DNA of 64,000 nt from assembly GCA_013239625.1 (NCBI GenBank), contig MU053934.1, positions 6,776,399-6,840,398 on the forward strand, given 5' to 3'. This stretch comes from Lama guanicoe. Taxonomy: Eukaryota. The notes under the pieces were generated by a model, which had not been told where the DNA came from, did not search any database, and saw only the letters and a program-made list of their open reading frames with translations. Made by a program: the position numbers and the translations under genes. Within the stretch, counting starts at the first letter, position 1. Each line of letters opens with the position of its first letter. Positions 37,696-51,200 of the stretch are shown piece by piece.

Positions 37696-39114
37696 TTCTG
37701 GACCTGGTCACTTGGTCTAGAGTCTCCCTCTCCGGGGGAAGCAACTGCACAGACTTGTTCTAACAGATCAGGAAGGAAGGGAAGGTCTCTCTTGGCTCCA
37801 CCCCCTGCACATGGCACCCCACTCCCATAGGAAGCGGTGGCTGTGGGGCTTCTGGATGAAGGTGAGGGGCACTTGAAGTTGGGTCCTTACTGATTACCAG
37901 GAAGTAGGGTTTTTTTTTCAAAAGGCCTGAGAGCCTGAGCCTTCCTTAGCAACCCAGACACATTCAGGGTGGCTGTGACCCAGCCTGGACACGAGGGACG
38001 CATAGGGCTTCTTCAGCGCTCCTGCTCCACACTCCCCACTGGTCCCGCTGGTCACTCGGAAGGTCCCAGGCCTTCCGTGGTCAGGGCCGTCTGGCCTAGC
38101 CTGGGGCAGCTGAGGCAGGAAGAAAGGCCATCCTGTGAGATGAGGGACCACAGTCAGGATGTCGCTGAGTCGGCTGAGGCACCCCTGACAGTGACAGGGG
38201 CTTCTGGAATCAGTCAGCAGAACTGCTCTAATAGGGCTCATGGCCCCTGCTGTGTGCTTCACGGGCACGGCACGTGTCATTGATGGAGCCAAACCTCTGA
38301 CAGCCTCTGCAGCTGGGCGGTGAAGCGAAGGGCCACTGCCGGCCTGTCTGATGTGCCTGGGCTTCGCTTCCAACAGCCCGGCACAGAGCCTGCCCCTTCC
38401 CATCACTCGGAAGGGGGCTGCCCTTCCAGCACCTACACTCGAGTTGTCTTGCGTATCCCGGTGGTGTGGATGCAGCTACACAGCCTTCTCAGTTTTCACA
38501 TATGTAAAATGGGTCACGCATTACTTAGAGGTTGCTTCCTGGAAACATGGGGATAATCATTCTCTTTTTCAGCAAGAACCAGCACTAAATCACCAGCAAA
38601 GGAAAAGCTGCACTTATTCTTTAAACAAATGGCTCTTGGGCCCCTACTATGAGTCAGGCAGAAAGAGAGACCAGTAAGCTGTTTGCCACACTCAGGAATC
38701 TCAGAGTCTCCTGCAGATGTGTGTGAACTGATTCAATGCAAGGAGGTCAGAGCATGAGAGCGATGAATAAACTGCTTGGTAGGGAGGGAGTTTTAGGGAA
38801 GGCTTCCTGGAGGAGGGGGCATCTGAGCAGGAATTCTGGCTCAGGTTCAGAGGTGGGGAGTTTGGCACCGTGGGGAACAGCAGCCATGATAGGAGCATGA
38901 ATGGGAGGGACCTAGAGTGACTTTGGGCCAGTGGGAGCTGGTCAAAAATGGGACTGATGGACTCCATGAGGACAGCACCGTCTGTGTCTTCTCCTAGCCC
39001 CCGCACGGGGCCTGGCACGGAGCTAGACAGGTGCTGAAAGAATGAAGGGATTGTAAGAGCCCTGTGTACAGGGCTGAGGGTCAAGCCTCCAACCTCTGGA
39101 CAGCGGAAGCCACT

Positions 39115-39270
39115 GTGAGGTTTTGCATAAGGTGTAAGGTAGGGGCTAACTCCATCCTTTTGCATGTGGATGTCCATTTCTCCCAGCACTGTTAGTTCAA
39201 AAGGCTGTTTTTCCTTGTTGAATTATCTTTGCCCCTTTATTGAAAAGAATTGACCATAAATGTAAGGTAT
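39115..39270 (-). mobile_element. LINE-1 ORF2 fragment
   Basis: Minus-strand translation includes MDIHMQK...SPYLTPYAK, typical of the L1 ORF2 C-terminal half. Confidence 0.8.
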
Positions 39271-40114
39271 TGCAGGGTTTTGAGAGGGGAGTGACGTGGT
39301 CAGATCTGTGCTATAGGAAGTTGAATTTGGTGGCAGAGACTGGGAAGGGCTGGAAGGAGGAGGGGTGGGGGAGAGACTAGATGAATGGGCTCCAAGGAGG
39401 GAGGGAGGAGGAACTGGGGAGAAAAACAGCCCCTAGGCCAGCTGGGGTCCATGGTGGGGAGCCAGGTACAGGGCTGTGCCAAAATGTGGCTAGTGGGGGC
39501 CTGTGGCACTCCCTGGGAAACTGAGGCAGGGTAGGCAAGGGGGTGACAAAGAAAAAGCCTGTGCTCCTCAGCCCCGCAAGTTCCCCAAAGTGGAAAAATT
39601 AAACCCTCTCCAGATACAGCCATTGCCAGTAGGTTTTCAGTAACGAGAGGATTGTAAATGCAGACAATGCCAATTACAGCAGCATTATCCCGGATTATAA
39701 AGCTTCCAAGAGGCGACTCACACCTCCAGGCATGCTGTGCCTGGAAATTTCCAGGGGAGGCTTGGGATCCAAACATCCAGGCTGCTTGAAGCCAGGCCCC
39801 ACAGTGGGTGTGGTCTGCTGGGCAGGCCTGGCCCCATCACCTCTACTGACCTGCTTTCATTTCCCCAAGGAAACAGAGCACTGAGGGGCAGGAGGACACC
39901 CTCCAGCCCCACGACTGGGGGCATAGAGTCCCCACATGACTCTTTCTGCCCCCCTCCCCAACCCCCGCACACAGTTGGAGCCAGCCCAAAGCCACCCCTT
40001 CTAGGCTATATGACCTTTAGCCAGTTAGCTTCTTTGCTTTGGTAAAATGGGGAGACGAACCCCCAACTCCGCAGCGTGTTTTCAGGACTAAATGAGATGT
40101 TGTAGATAGAGTCT

Positions 40115-40690
40115 GAGGAATAGAAACCAGTACAACCTCTGTGCATGATGGTTTAACGTGTCTGTTAAAATAACAAATGTCCAACCCCTGGGCCTCAGAG
40201 ATTACTTCTCGTCATTTTCTGTGGAGAAAGTTTTGTAGATATGACCAAGGGTGTTCCCTGCAGCACCTTCTGTAAGGTTAGAAAATCATAAACAACTGAA
40301 AATGGCATTAATAGGGGCCTGATTAAATTAAGGTCCATCAGGCCAGTAGAATCCTTTGTTGTAATTAAAAGAGTCTGGCAGCTCCTATATGCTGTCCCAG
40401 GCAGATCCCCACCACGTGGGGCTGCATGAACAATGCGAGAGCGAATAACACCTACAGATGATTCTATTTAAGCTTTTCAGAGCCCCACGCAAGCACCATG
40501 TATTTTATGTTTGTCTATATGCATATATGTATGTAGATGCAATAAAAACAGCCTGAAGGAAACACGCCCTAATGACCCAGTGGGGAGGGGACTGGAACGG
40601 AGGCTGGGAGGTGGCAGAACATCAAAGAGAACTTCACTTTGCTGTAGTGCAAGTGTTTTACTGCCACACGTGCCTGCATCACCTGTGGAG
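40115..40690 (+). mobile_element. Highly diverged L1ME-like 3' fragment
   Basis: AT-richer block with remnants of L1 3' motifs (agtacaacctctgtg, aaacaactgaaaat, ccatcaggccagtagaat). Confidence 0.5.
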
Positions 40691-41858
40691 ATGAACACAT
40701 ACACAAAACACACGCCAAAGCCAAGTGCAGAGTATAGTAACTGTCAGCCTGACCCACGCGCTGTCTAGGCTCAGAGGCCATAATTACAACCGCAGGTCAA
40801 GGGAGACACCTAAGAAGGAAGGTGCCTCAGTGCCTCATGCCAGTGTCTCCAGCTCTTAGCGCCTGGATTCAGGTCTGAGGAAGCCCCTGAGGTGGGCAGA
40901 TGACATCCCCTGGCACATGGGAGAGACAGAGATACCACTCAGCCTGGCTGGGCCGAGGCCACAGCCCACCTCTCCTGGCTGAGCAGTCTGCCAAGAAAAC
41001 TATTAAACTACATAAAAATCCATCCTGGAAATCCCAGAGGCATCCTTAGAACGGAGCATGGCCTTTAAATTAGAACGTAAAAAAAAAGGCAAATTTGCCT
41101 GTAACTTGATTTCAGGTTAGTGAGGGCTGGTGGCCAAAACACAACATTGTGCACGGCCAAGGCCCCCACGCCAAGGTCTTGCTATGGGGCTGTGAAGGGG
41201 ACCCCAGCCCCATCAAGGTCTCCAGTGTAACCAGCATGTGTTCCCATGGAAACTCTGCTTCGTGCAATCCTCTGGAAATTATTTCTAAGGAGGGGATACC
41301 GACTCCCACACCCACTTTTTGTTTCTGGGTTTGGTTTCCAGGGATAATTTTCTCAAGCAAGTGCTGAGAGGAACAGGAGTGGAAGGAAGGGATGGAGGCT
41401 GAAACCCTCCCGAAGGGGCAGAATGGGCCATTTCTAAGCTACTACCCTGGGGAGGTCAGTGGAGGCTGAGGGTGTCAACAATAGTTGAAATATTTCAGTT
41501 TCCCCAAGGCCCTGAGGAGGGTGGTGAGGGCATGACCTAGAGATGGTAAGAAATCCCAGGTCAGCATTAGGGCGGGTCAGGCAGACAGACACAGACGCAT
41601 CAGCTGAGACCCCTACCCTGGTGGCGTCTTGGGGCAGAGTTTGGACAGTGCCTTCAGGGGCTGCCTGGGGCTTCTGCTACCTGCCCTAGGTCTGGGGTCA
41701 CCCTCAGGATGGCTGCCATCCACCCTCTGGTCTAAGGCTCCCCTTCACCTGGGTCTTACCTGTTGCCCCTCAGCCTCCTTCCCTTGGGCACTCTTCCAGC
41801 TGGTGAAGCCCTTCTCCCTCTCTAGCTCCTTCTAAGGCCCCTCCTGGGCCGGGAACAT

Positions 41859-41886
<28 letters not shown>
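41859..41886 (+). repeat. (CA)14 microsatellite
   Basis: Directly visible. Confidence 0.97.
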
Positions 41887-41889
<3 letters not shown>

Positions 41890-44379
41890 CTCTCTGCTAG
41901 ACTTGCCCCCACCCACAGGTGCTCCCTGCAGGGGGCCACAGAGCATAGGGAGTTCCCCCTACCCAGAGAGTCCTGCCCCTCATTTAGCACATTCCAGGCT
42001 CCCTCTGAGCTGCCCTTGGCAGCAGGCAGCCTGTTTCTCCTGGAGGATGAGTGGAGGAGGAAACAACCCCACTGAGCCTCTGCAGAGCAGGGAGTTCCCC
42101 ATCTGTCCTCTCTGAGCGAGGCCCAGTGTCTTGATTGTCACTGAGTCTAAGGTTCAGATGGATGTGGCTGCTGCGGGAGGGCTGGGGTTCGAGAGAGGCC
42201 AGTGGCCACCCAGTCCCAAACAACCCCCAAGGGCAGTTCCTCTCGCTTCTCTCCCCCACCTACTCAGAGTCCTTACAAGCCTGCCCTCAAGGAACTCAGT
42301 TTGAGGCCCTCTCTGTCTCCTCTGCCCTCAGGGCCACCTGCACCCCCTGCAGTAATCTGCCATGCCTCACCCCTGCACCAGCACATCTCCCCAGCCTCAG
42401 TCCTGGGGGCTGGGGAATGGGGTGTCAGTCTTCTTTGCCCCACCCTGAGAGTCTCAGAACATTCTCCCCTGAGGGTTCCACATTCCACCTCAACCCTCCT
42501 CCCCCTCCCTGCCTCTCTCCTTGCTCATTGAAGACCTCAGCCTCAGCCCAGCCTTGCCCAGAACCGAGATTAGCCATAAAACTGGAAACATCTGTGTCCA
42601 CAAGAGGGGTGATGAGTCAGTCCCTGAGGGCCTCACGGGCCACACAGAGGAGCTGGGACTTTTCTCCAAGCCAGGTGGGGACTGTGGGAGGTTTGGAGCC
42701 AGGGGAGGGACCAGATCCTATGTAGGTTTCATCAGGATCCTTTGGCTGGTTCGTGGTGAGAGGACTGTGGGGGCAGGGCTGCTGTGCTGGGGCCTGGGCC
42801 AGGGCGTGGGGGCTGCAGTCCCTCCAGGCTCCCTGCACTACCCCGGGACCAGCTGGAAAAGAAGGTTTCCCAGCCTGAGGGTCTGGGGTCCAGGGGCTGA
42901 GGACAGAGAGGCCCAGGCCCAGCGAGGCAGCCGCCTCCTAGTCTTCTTTGGTTTTTCCTGAAGCGGCTCGGTGCCCCCTGAGTGACCAGTCTCCCCTCAC
43001 CCCGACCTCAACCCTGGCCTCTGCCTCGCGCTGTTGGAGTCAGGAGCCTGGAGGACAGTTCTGCACACTGAACAGGCGAGGAGCTCATTTAACTGCACCC
43101 TCCCCACAAGCCCTGTAATCCAGCTCAGGGTCCTTGCTGTGCGCTCGAAGGCCAGGCCTGGAACCAAGCTGGGAGGCTGCGGGCTGTCCGGTGGGCCCCG
43201 AGGCCCTGTGCCGCCCCAGCAGAGGGGCTGGGACTCTTCCGGACATCAGTCTATGCCCACCCCCAGCCCTTCTATTCCTGTGGGAGGGGCCTGACCTGCT
43301 GAGTTAATGGTGCTGTCTACAAGCTGGTAGCTAGTGCTGCTCAGGGGCGGGGTCGGAGCCTGGGCCTTGAGCCCCCATCCTCCCAGGCATCTAGGGGTTT
43401 GTGTGTGAGGGTACCTCAGGGACCTCGGGCACAGTCCTGGGGGTGGGGAGGGAGGAGTGGCCTGCCCAGTTCATAAACGAGCAACAGTGGACCATGAGGA
43501 GGGGTTGGGGGAGAGCAGGAGAGGAAGGGTGCAGGGCCCAACAGCTCGGGTGACCCACCCTTTGCCCTTGTCTGCCTCTGAAATGGGTGAGAGTGCAGAG
43601 CTGCTGTGAGGGTGACAGGAGGGGTAATATGAGCACCCGGAGCAGCAGAAATGGCTCAGGGCCAGACACTGAGGGGCCGCAGGGCCTGAGCTTCTGCAGC
43701 ACAAAGGGACCCCTCCACCCACCCAGGGGAAGCTCCGAGAACCGAGCCATGCAGCTAGACTATGATGGAGAGGAGTGGCCTCGAGGCAGCTGGTAGTGGC
43801 ACTGGGCAGGGAGGGAAGGAGCTGGTCTGGCCTCCATCCCCGGGGGGCTGGGCTGGGGCATAAGGCAGATGAAGACAGAGGAGGTGGGTGGGGCCAAGAT
43901 AGGCCAGATGGAGGGGGCTTTGGGGAACCAGGCTGTAGAGTGGGAGCAGGAGCAGCTGAGGCCCTGAGGGTGGGGAAGGTTTGAGAAGCAGGGGGTGATG
44001 AAACAGTTGGCACTGAGTGTAGAGGGCCAGGCCAGGAGGAAACAACCTTGGGGTCCTTGTTGGGGGAGGCAGAGCTTCAAGCCATTCAGCACCTGTTCAG
44101 CTGGACCTCCCCCTCCCCTGCCCCCAGTCCCCTGAACTCTTTACTCAGCTGCTTGTGCCCGGCCCCTCCCAGATCCCAGCCCCAGGTCTGATGACAGACA
44201 CTAGCCACCTCCTCAGCCTCCAGCTCTGTCCCTGAGCCCAGCCCAACCTCTGCATGGTTCACTCTTGCCCAACTCTGTACCTCCCACTCCAGCCCCTGCT
44301 CCATTCTGCGGGGCCACCTTGTGCCTTTGGCCCAGTTGGGCAGGGGGCACGGGGCAGGGGGCATCTGCATAGTTGCTCC

Positions 44380-44385
44380 TTTATT
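44380..44385 (-). terminator. Candidate proximal polyadenylation signal (AATAAA) in the NFAM1 3' UTR
   Basis: TTTATT on the plus strand, ~410 nt past the stop. The true 3' end cannot be fixed from sequence alone. Confidence 0.35.
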
Positions 44386-44790
44386 CATCTACTCCACAAT
44401 GCCTGTGCACACAGCACTGACAAGGGCTCCTGGCTGGAACCTCCTGGTGGTGCAGGCAGCTGCAAGGGAGCCTATGCCTCTGGAGAGGGTGAGGAGGGCT
44501 CTGGGAGTGGGTGGTGTCCAAGAGAGTCCTTGAAGACTGAGGGAGGGCCCGCCTGGCAGAGGGAAGAGCTTGGGCAGAGGCCTGGAAATGCGGAACACTC
44601 AGAGGGTGTGGCTGGGCTGCAGAATGAGTGGTTGGGCCCCCCGGCCAAGGCAAGAGGGCCTGGATTGTGAGGGCGAGGTGATGGGGCACCCCTGGGGCCT
44701 CACTGCTGGTGTAGGTTGAGTCCCCCGGAAAGAGAGGCTGCCCCAGGGCCTCTGACCCAGGGCAAGACCTGTGGGCTGGCGGAGTTGGTC

Positions 44791-44850
44791 CTAGAGATTT
44801 TCATAGACCAGGTTAAATTCACTGTCATCCTCAAATCTGCGCTGTTTCTC
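44791..44850 (-). CDS. NFAM1: NFAM1 exon 6, coding part to the stop codon
   Basis: EKQRRFEDDSEFNLVYENL*, the NFAM1 C-terminus. Acceptor ttttctccccag|GAG; TAG at 44793-44791. Confidence 0.96.
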   Translation of the reverse strand, partial: EKQRRFEDDSEFNLVYENL

Positions 44851-44859
44851 CTGGGGAGA

Positions 44860-44884
44860 AAAACAAAACAAAACAAAACAAAAC
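44860..44884 (+). repeat. (AAAAC)5 forming the pyrimidine tract of the last NFAM1 acceptor
   Basis: Directly visible, ~10 nt from the exon 6 acceptor. Confidence 0.9.
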
Positions 44885-46212
44885 AGTAGGGAGGGAAAAG
44901 AACACACTTGCATGACTTTAGTTTTAGTCAGAGGCAGACACACAGATGGCTTCCCATGCAGTTTGACAGGGAGGCCTGTCCTTGTCCCCAAGTCCACCTC
45001 ACCAGCCTCTTCTCCACCCACCCCTGCTCTCTGCCCTCCAGCCCAACGGGGCTTCTCTTTCCTGCCTTGGGCCTCCCCACATGCTCTTTTCTCCATCTGG
45101 GGTACTCCCCCATCCCACCTGTTCCCTGACTGTCTCCTACTGACTCTGCAGGGCTTGGCTCAGTGTCCCGAGAGCCGCCTCCCCAGCTCTGGTCTAGTCC
45201 CTCCCCGGAGCCCACTCTTCACAGGAGGCTACAATGTCTGCATGTCTGTAAGATCAATGACCCTGTTCCTGCAGACCTGAGTATCCTGGAGGGCAGGGAC
45301 ATGTCTAGGCATCCTGGCCAGGATCTCAGGGCTTGGCATAGGGTGGGCACTGCCTGGGATGGCCCAGACATCCGTGGGGATCCTGAGGTGGGGAAGCCCT
45401 GCCTCCAGTCAGAGCTAAGTTCAGGAATGAGTATAGAAAGGGCTTGGAGAATAAGAGACTCAACAAACAGAGTCAGCCTGGGTCAGGGGGGCCAAGCACC
45501 AGCCACCTCACTTCCTGATGGCTCTTCCAAGGTGCCCACCCACTGCCCGTGGGCTCCTGAACCCAGCCTTCGCACTTTATGGTGTCCAAAACACTGGTGT
45601 AGATATTACTTAACTTGGAATATTTGAATTCAGGGGCAGTTGCGTTTGCAGGGAAGTGTCACTCATCCACTTTACAGGTGAGCGGACTGCGGTTTAAGAG
45701 AGAAGCGTGATCAAGTGACAAGTCTTAGCCTCCATCATGACAGTAACGAAGCCTTGTCAAGGCCAGCCCAGGCAGGTACCAGCTCAGACTCCAGCTCCTG
45801 ACTTTAGCCAACATAAGCCTGGGGACAGCTCACACGCCATGCCTGATGGGCCAGTGTAGACACTACACTATGCCCGGTGGTGGTCACACAGCGCCTACTG
45901 GTTCCAGAACAACTTTTGATCCTCACTGCAAATCTGTGAGCTGAGTGTTGTTAGGCTCCTCCATATACAGATGAGGAGATGCAGGCACGGAGGTTAGCTC
46001 CGTGGCCAGGGCTGCACAGCTGGTAAGGGGTGGAGAGGGGTTCAAACCCACCAGGCCTCCTAACTACTAGGCCAGCTGCCTCGGGGAGATGGCTCTGATT
46101 CAGGAGCCGGTGGCTTACTCCTGTGGTCCTACCTACCCGCATTTCACGGATGAGGAGAGGGACAGATGGAGTGAGAGAGGGAGCCCAGCTTGCTGCCGCA
46201 GCCTCTGCATAC

Positions 46213-46299
46213 CTGAGAGAGAAGACCCTGGGTGGAGGACGGGCTGCTGGCCTCCTTCTGGATGCAGGTGTAGACCTCGGTCTCTCGGCACTGCAGGTC
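46213..46299 (-). CDS. NFAM1: NFAM1 exon 5, rest of the ITAM
   Basis: DLQCRETEVYTCIQKEASSPSSTQGLLSQ. Acceptor ctcctgcag|GAC and donor CAG|GTATGC; 87 nt, phase 0-0. Confidence 0.95.
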
Positions 46300-46984
46300 C
46301 TGCAGGAGACGGGTGAGGGTCAGAGGGAGGGGAACAGAGGGGCAGGGCCCAGGCCCCAGCAGCCTGCTATACATCGCCCCGGGCTGAGGGAGCCCAGGGG
46401 ATGGGCAAGCCGGTGAGGGGATGCCCACCTCGCCCAGCCTCACCACACACCGTCATGCCGCACCTTTGCACCTGCCACTCTCTCCTGGAGCCATCTCACC
46501 CCTTTCCCATATATACAGTGAGACTCCTCTCTGTTTCCCCTGCTGCCTCCCTCACACCACCTCAAGTCTCTAGTAGAGCCTTGAACTTGGCTCCTGCGGG
46601 CTCTCGAGATCTCCACCTAGCTGGCAAGAGGAAGGGCCCAGCCTCATCCCACTAACCCTGCCTATCCGTACGTTCTCGGGCACCTGGCAGCCAGCAGCCT
46701 GCAGATGTGACACCCATGGCCAAGGCTCCAATAGGATGCTCTGCTGGCATCTGCCCTCACTCCCCTAAGCCAAAGTCCTGCCCCTGTGAGGTTCCCTCCC
46801 ACCCACCCATCCACCCTTTTAGACCTCTCTTGACCCCTCACCCCAGCCTGTGCTCACAGATGCCCTAGGTACCCATTGGTACCTCTCCCACCAAGCTGTG
46901 CTCTGGGTCATTATAGCTGTGGTTGGCACACCTGGAGAACACCACCAAATTGGTCCAGCTATGAACAGCCTGAGCAGAGGCCTC

Positions 46985-47215
46985 AGGATGGTGGAAAGAA
47001 ATAGTTTTGGAATCAGACAAGACTAGGTTCGACCCTCAGCTCTGACACATGCCAGCCATGGGCAACCCCTGGACCTCTTTGTGCTTCCGTTTCCTCATCT
47101 GTAAAATGGGAATATTATACTCCTATTTATTAGGAATACTGTATTCCCAAAGAATTGTGCATAAAGGGCTTAGCAATGGGTCTGGCAAATCTTAAGTGCT
47201 TAATAACTGTTGAAT
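46985..47215 (+). mobile_element. MIR SINE
   Basis: ttggaatcagacaagactaggttcga...gtttcctcatctgtaaaatgggaata...cttagcaatgggtctggca. Confidence 0.78.
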
Positions 47216-48475
47216 GATCATCTGTTGAATAATCGTCAAGGCATCAAGCCTCGCTCCCCTCTCTGTGGTCATAGCCTGCACCCTCCCTCAGACCCTGTTG
47301 GGCACCCAGGTCCCAGTCAAGGGGCAGAGGCTGCTCTTTGGGGGTTGTCGGAGCAGAGCCACTAACAGCCTAAGCAAGAGGCAGGAACCTTTCCTTCCCA
47401 CGTGTACTTGTCATATGGATGCCGGCTCGTTGCCAAGGAGGTGGTTTCCCTGGCAACAGGCAAGCAGGGGTTGTCGAAGCAGGCTGGAGAGACAGGTGGT
47501 GCTCTGAGGCAAGAGAAGGGAGGGGAGGTGGGGAGGGGTGGAGGGAGTCTCCGAGAGGCAGCGGGGCATGAAAACCTGTGTAATAAACCATTTGGCACTT
47601 GGGAGACCCTTACTTCAAGGGCATCAAACACAGGGATGGCAGGGCTGCCCTAGGGACCAGTTCAAGGGGCCTGTGAGTGAGAAAGAGGGTAAGCCTTGGG
47701 AGAGGGGCTTCTAACCTGCCTCTGAGTAGGGAAGGGGGCAGGGCCTCCCCAAGGAGGAGCCACAATTCCAGTGGAAGACATCTTCCAAGGCTTGCTCTGG
47801 CCTGTTAAGCCTTCACACCTGCCCAGAGCACCCCAGCCACTGACAGCAAGTCTGGCCCATGGGAGGGGATCTGCTCCTCAGCAGCCCTGGGCCCTCACCC
47901 TCAGTCTACCCTGACCTGGATCTCCACAGATCTGACATCCTCCCAGGTTGGACATCTCTGATCACAGAGAGAAGGGAGGAAAAGATGCCCTTACTGACAT
48001 CTCGGCAGGGGAGCAGAACTCAGATCCCACGGATGGCTCCATTCTCTCTCATGTCCAGTCCATGTGGGCTGCCCACCACATATTAGCCCAGAGAGGCCCA
48101 GAAATGTCTTGGGTCACACAGGCCCTTGTGCCCTCGGCTGTGTGTGCTCCCAATGGCCTGGGCATGCGGCTAAGGGATTCCCAAGACAGAGAATAGTACC
48201 CTGCCTGGGACCCCGCAGGCTTCTGACCCACACCGTGGGGTGAGTGGGAGCCACTGCAAGTCTGAGGGTAGGGGAGGCTGCAGAGGTTGCTGCCAATTAG
48301 CAGCTGCTGAGCGAAGCCTTTGACAAGTCCTGACCTGCTGGGCTGGATTTGCATGCAGGGTGTAACCTGCATCACTAGGCTGTGAAATGCAGGGCGGCCT
48401 TCTTGGCCTTCCTTGGTGGCGATGGGACTGCCTCTCTCAGGGTATGCCTGCAGGGAGAAGGCCAGGCCTCTGAAT

Positions 48476-48616
48476 GGGCTGGGCTGGGCTGGGCTGGGAC
48501 TGTGCTGTGTGAGGGCTGGACTAGACAGTGATGGCATGTGCTGTGCTCTGCTTTGCTCTGTCTGAGCTGGGCTGTGCTGTTCTGCTCTGTGCTGTGATGG
48601 GCTGGGCTGGGGCTGC
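48476..48616 (+). repeat. Degenerate pentamer array (GGGCT/GTGCT/CTGTG units)
   Basis: (gggct)4 followed by 5-bp-periodic variants, returning to gggct units. Confidence 0.85.
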
Positions 48617-49369
48617 TTGTTTGGGGCCCAGGCCCTCGGAGCCCTTTGCTTCCTGCTGCCCAGTATGCGCGGTGGTGCTGACGCAAGTGTTCAGCAGCCC
48701 TGGCAGATGTGTGAAGTCAGTGCCGAGGCCTTTGTCCAGGCCAGCCGAGCCAGAGCTGAAGTCAGCTGCCCTGGGCCAGGATCTAATCTGAGGGTCCTGG
48801 ACACTGGTCCCCCTGTAGTACCCACCCCTGTGACCAAAGAAACTAAAGAGCTGTGCTGTCATGGGCACCTGTGAGATTATTTGCATGACGCCCTCTGGGG
48901 GCAGATGGGTGAGATCTGGGGGCATTGCTGAGAGAGAAGCGGTTGGTACTCAGGAGAGAAGGGGCCCCGCTGCTCTAGGGCAAGGCCCCGGCATGTCTGA
49001 AGTGAATGGCCCACTGCAGGGACAGGAGTCCAGGGAGGCAGGGCCGGGATAGGCCTCCAATGAAGGCCCCTCGTGCTAGGCTGAGAGGCTGGCAGTGGGG
49101 AGCCACGGGAGGTTTCTGAGCGGTGTGTTAGGAAGGCCTCTCCCGCTGCAGTGAGGAGGGGGCGGGGCTGGAGCCTGAGGGCAAGAGCGAGGGAGGGCGC
49201 TGGGCCAGGTGGAGGCTGGAACAGGGCTGAGGGGAGGTGCCCAGATGCTTCTGGGGAGAGTGAAACCACAGTGTTGGCCCCACATTCACCACGGGGTGCC
49301 CACTCTGTGCCCAGCCCCGAGTCCCACAGAACTCCGGGCACCTGGGGCCTAAGAACAGACCTCTGCTCA

Positions 49370-51200
49370 TCGCTGAGCACCTACTGTGTGCCTGGCACTG
49401 GGCTGGTGTGGAGGGAGGGGCCCCAGACAGGCCACAATCACACAAGTAAATGGTATTTGTAGGGGCCACCAAAAGACACAGAGAAGGAAGATACGGGGGT
49501 TGGATCCTAGAGGTGGGTGAGGAGGTCAGGAAAAGCCTCCCTGCGAAGGAGCCCTCTGAGCAGAGAGCTGGGGAGTGAGGGAGCAGTCCCGTGGACAGCT
49601 GCAGAAAGGACACTCCGGAGCAGAGGGCACAGCCAACAGCAAGGCCCCGCAGTGGGTGGTGTGTAGGGCAAGCCCGATGCATTTATAGAACAGCAAGGAG
49701 GCCAGCGTGACTGGAGCAGGTGAGTGAGAGGGAGAGACAGTGAGAGAGCTCTCAGGGGCCACTGTCAGGGCTCTGATGTTGACTCTGAGTGAGACAGGAA
49801 ACTCTGAAGGACCGTGGCAGTCTTGAGAATGTGATTTGCAGACCTCTAACTCCAGGGATCAGCACTGACCAAAGGCTCCAGCTTCTGGCCTCTGTAACCC
49901 ATCAGAGGCACAGAGGCACAGAGGCCACACACACCACGGGCTACCCCCAGCCAGCTCTGAGCATGGCAGGGATACCACCACAGCCTCCCGCCTGGCAGAC
50001 CCGGGACTCCCCAGATTGGGCGCTCCCGATGGCCTTGCTGAAGCTTCCCTCAACTGTGCGGTGGTCAGTGCTTCCCCTCTGCCTTCCTTTACCCTTGCCT
50101 TCACCCAGGACCACGTCTGCATCAGTCTGACAACTCTCCCAGTCTTTTCCATTTCTCTCTCACAGGTGGTTTCCCTAATAAAACCACCGCCCATTTAACT
50201 GTGGCTTAACGTCTGCTTCCTGGGGGACCTAGACTCATCCAGGACTCTGAGCAGAGCGAGCTGTGAGCTGTCTGCGGTTGGACAGGATCACTCTGCTGCT
50301 GCGGGTGGAGCGCAGGCTGTGGGGCGAGGATGATAATGGGCCAGCTGGTTAGAAATCAACTGCTGGGCTCCAGGCAAGCCGTGGTGGCGGCCCCGCCTAC
50401 TTTAGCCCTGGAGGAGTGGGGAGGCTCAGATTCCAGACATGCTTGACGCAAGGTGAGCTCACGGGTCAGATGTGAGCAATGAGAGAAGGAGAAAAAGAAA
50501 GCACAACTTCAAAATGTTTAGCCTGAGCACCAGGAAGGATGGAGGCATCATTCACTGTGTGAGGAGGAATGTGGGAAGAGGCACCCAATGGGTGAGGAAT
50601 TGGAGATTGGTCTGAGAGAGAAGCTGGTAAGGGAGTTGAATGGAGTTGATTCTGCTGTTCAGAGGAGACAGCTGGGCTGAACAGATAAATTTGGGAGTTA
50701 TCAGAAGGTAGATGATCTCAAAATCTTGAGGCTGAATGAAATCACTCGGGAAGGGGAGTGAAGATCAAAAAGAAAGGGTCCAAGGTCTGGACTCCAATGT
50801 TTAGAGGTCAGGGCTCCTCTGGTTCCTAAGGAGGAACCAGTGAGGGAGGCTGAGGAGGCATGGCAGTGTCAGAGGGGCATCAGGAGAGGGTGGAATGTTC
50901 CAGAAGCGAGTAAAGAAAGTGTGTTAAGGAGGAGGGAGAGTTTGATGGTGCCAGATGCTGCTGACTCATCAAGGAAGATGAGGACTGGGAAATGACCACT
51001 GGGTTTAACAACGTGGGTGGAGGTCAACGGTGACTTTGAGCAGGAAGGTTTTGGTGGGCAGCAAGCCTGACTAAGTGGGTTGGAAAGGAGAGAGAAACTG
51101 AAGACAGAATTTTGACACATGTTATAGGACGTTGTGGAGAAAGGGCAGAGTTGCTAGAGGGGGCTGTGGGTTCAAGGTAAGGAATTTAAGATGGAAGAAA
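49370..51200 (-). mobile_element. L2 element (fragmented, hosts the LTR)
   Basis: ctgagcacctactgtgtgcctggcactgggc...caaggaggccagcgtgactggagc...ggatcactctgctgct...atttgggagttatcag...aaatgaccactgggttta. Confidence 0.75.
49820..50240 (+). mobile_element. LTR16-family (ERVL) solo LTR fragment inserted in an L2
   Basis: Ends ...tttccctaataaaacc...gtctgcttcctgggggacctagact, like LTR16 3' ends; L2 sequence on both sides. Confidence 0.65.

Noticed and set aside
48375..48925. Repetitive ORFs (AQPSPAQ.., CAVLC..) considered as the missing NFAM1 exon 4
   Set aside because: They are translations of the pentamer repeat; the real exon 4 is at 54218-54135.
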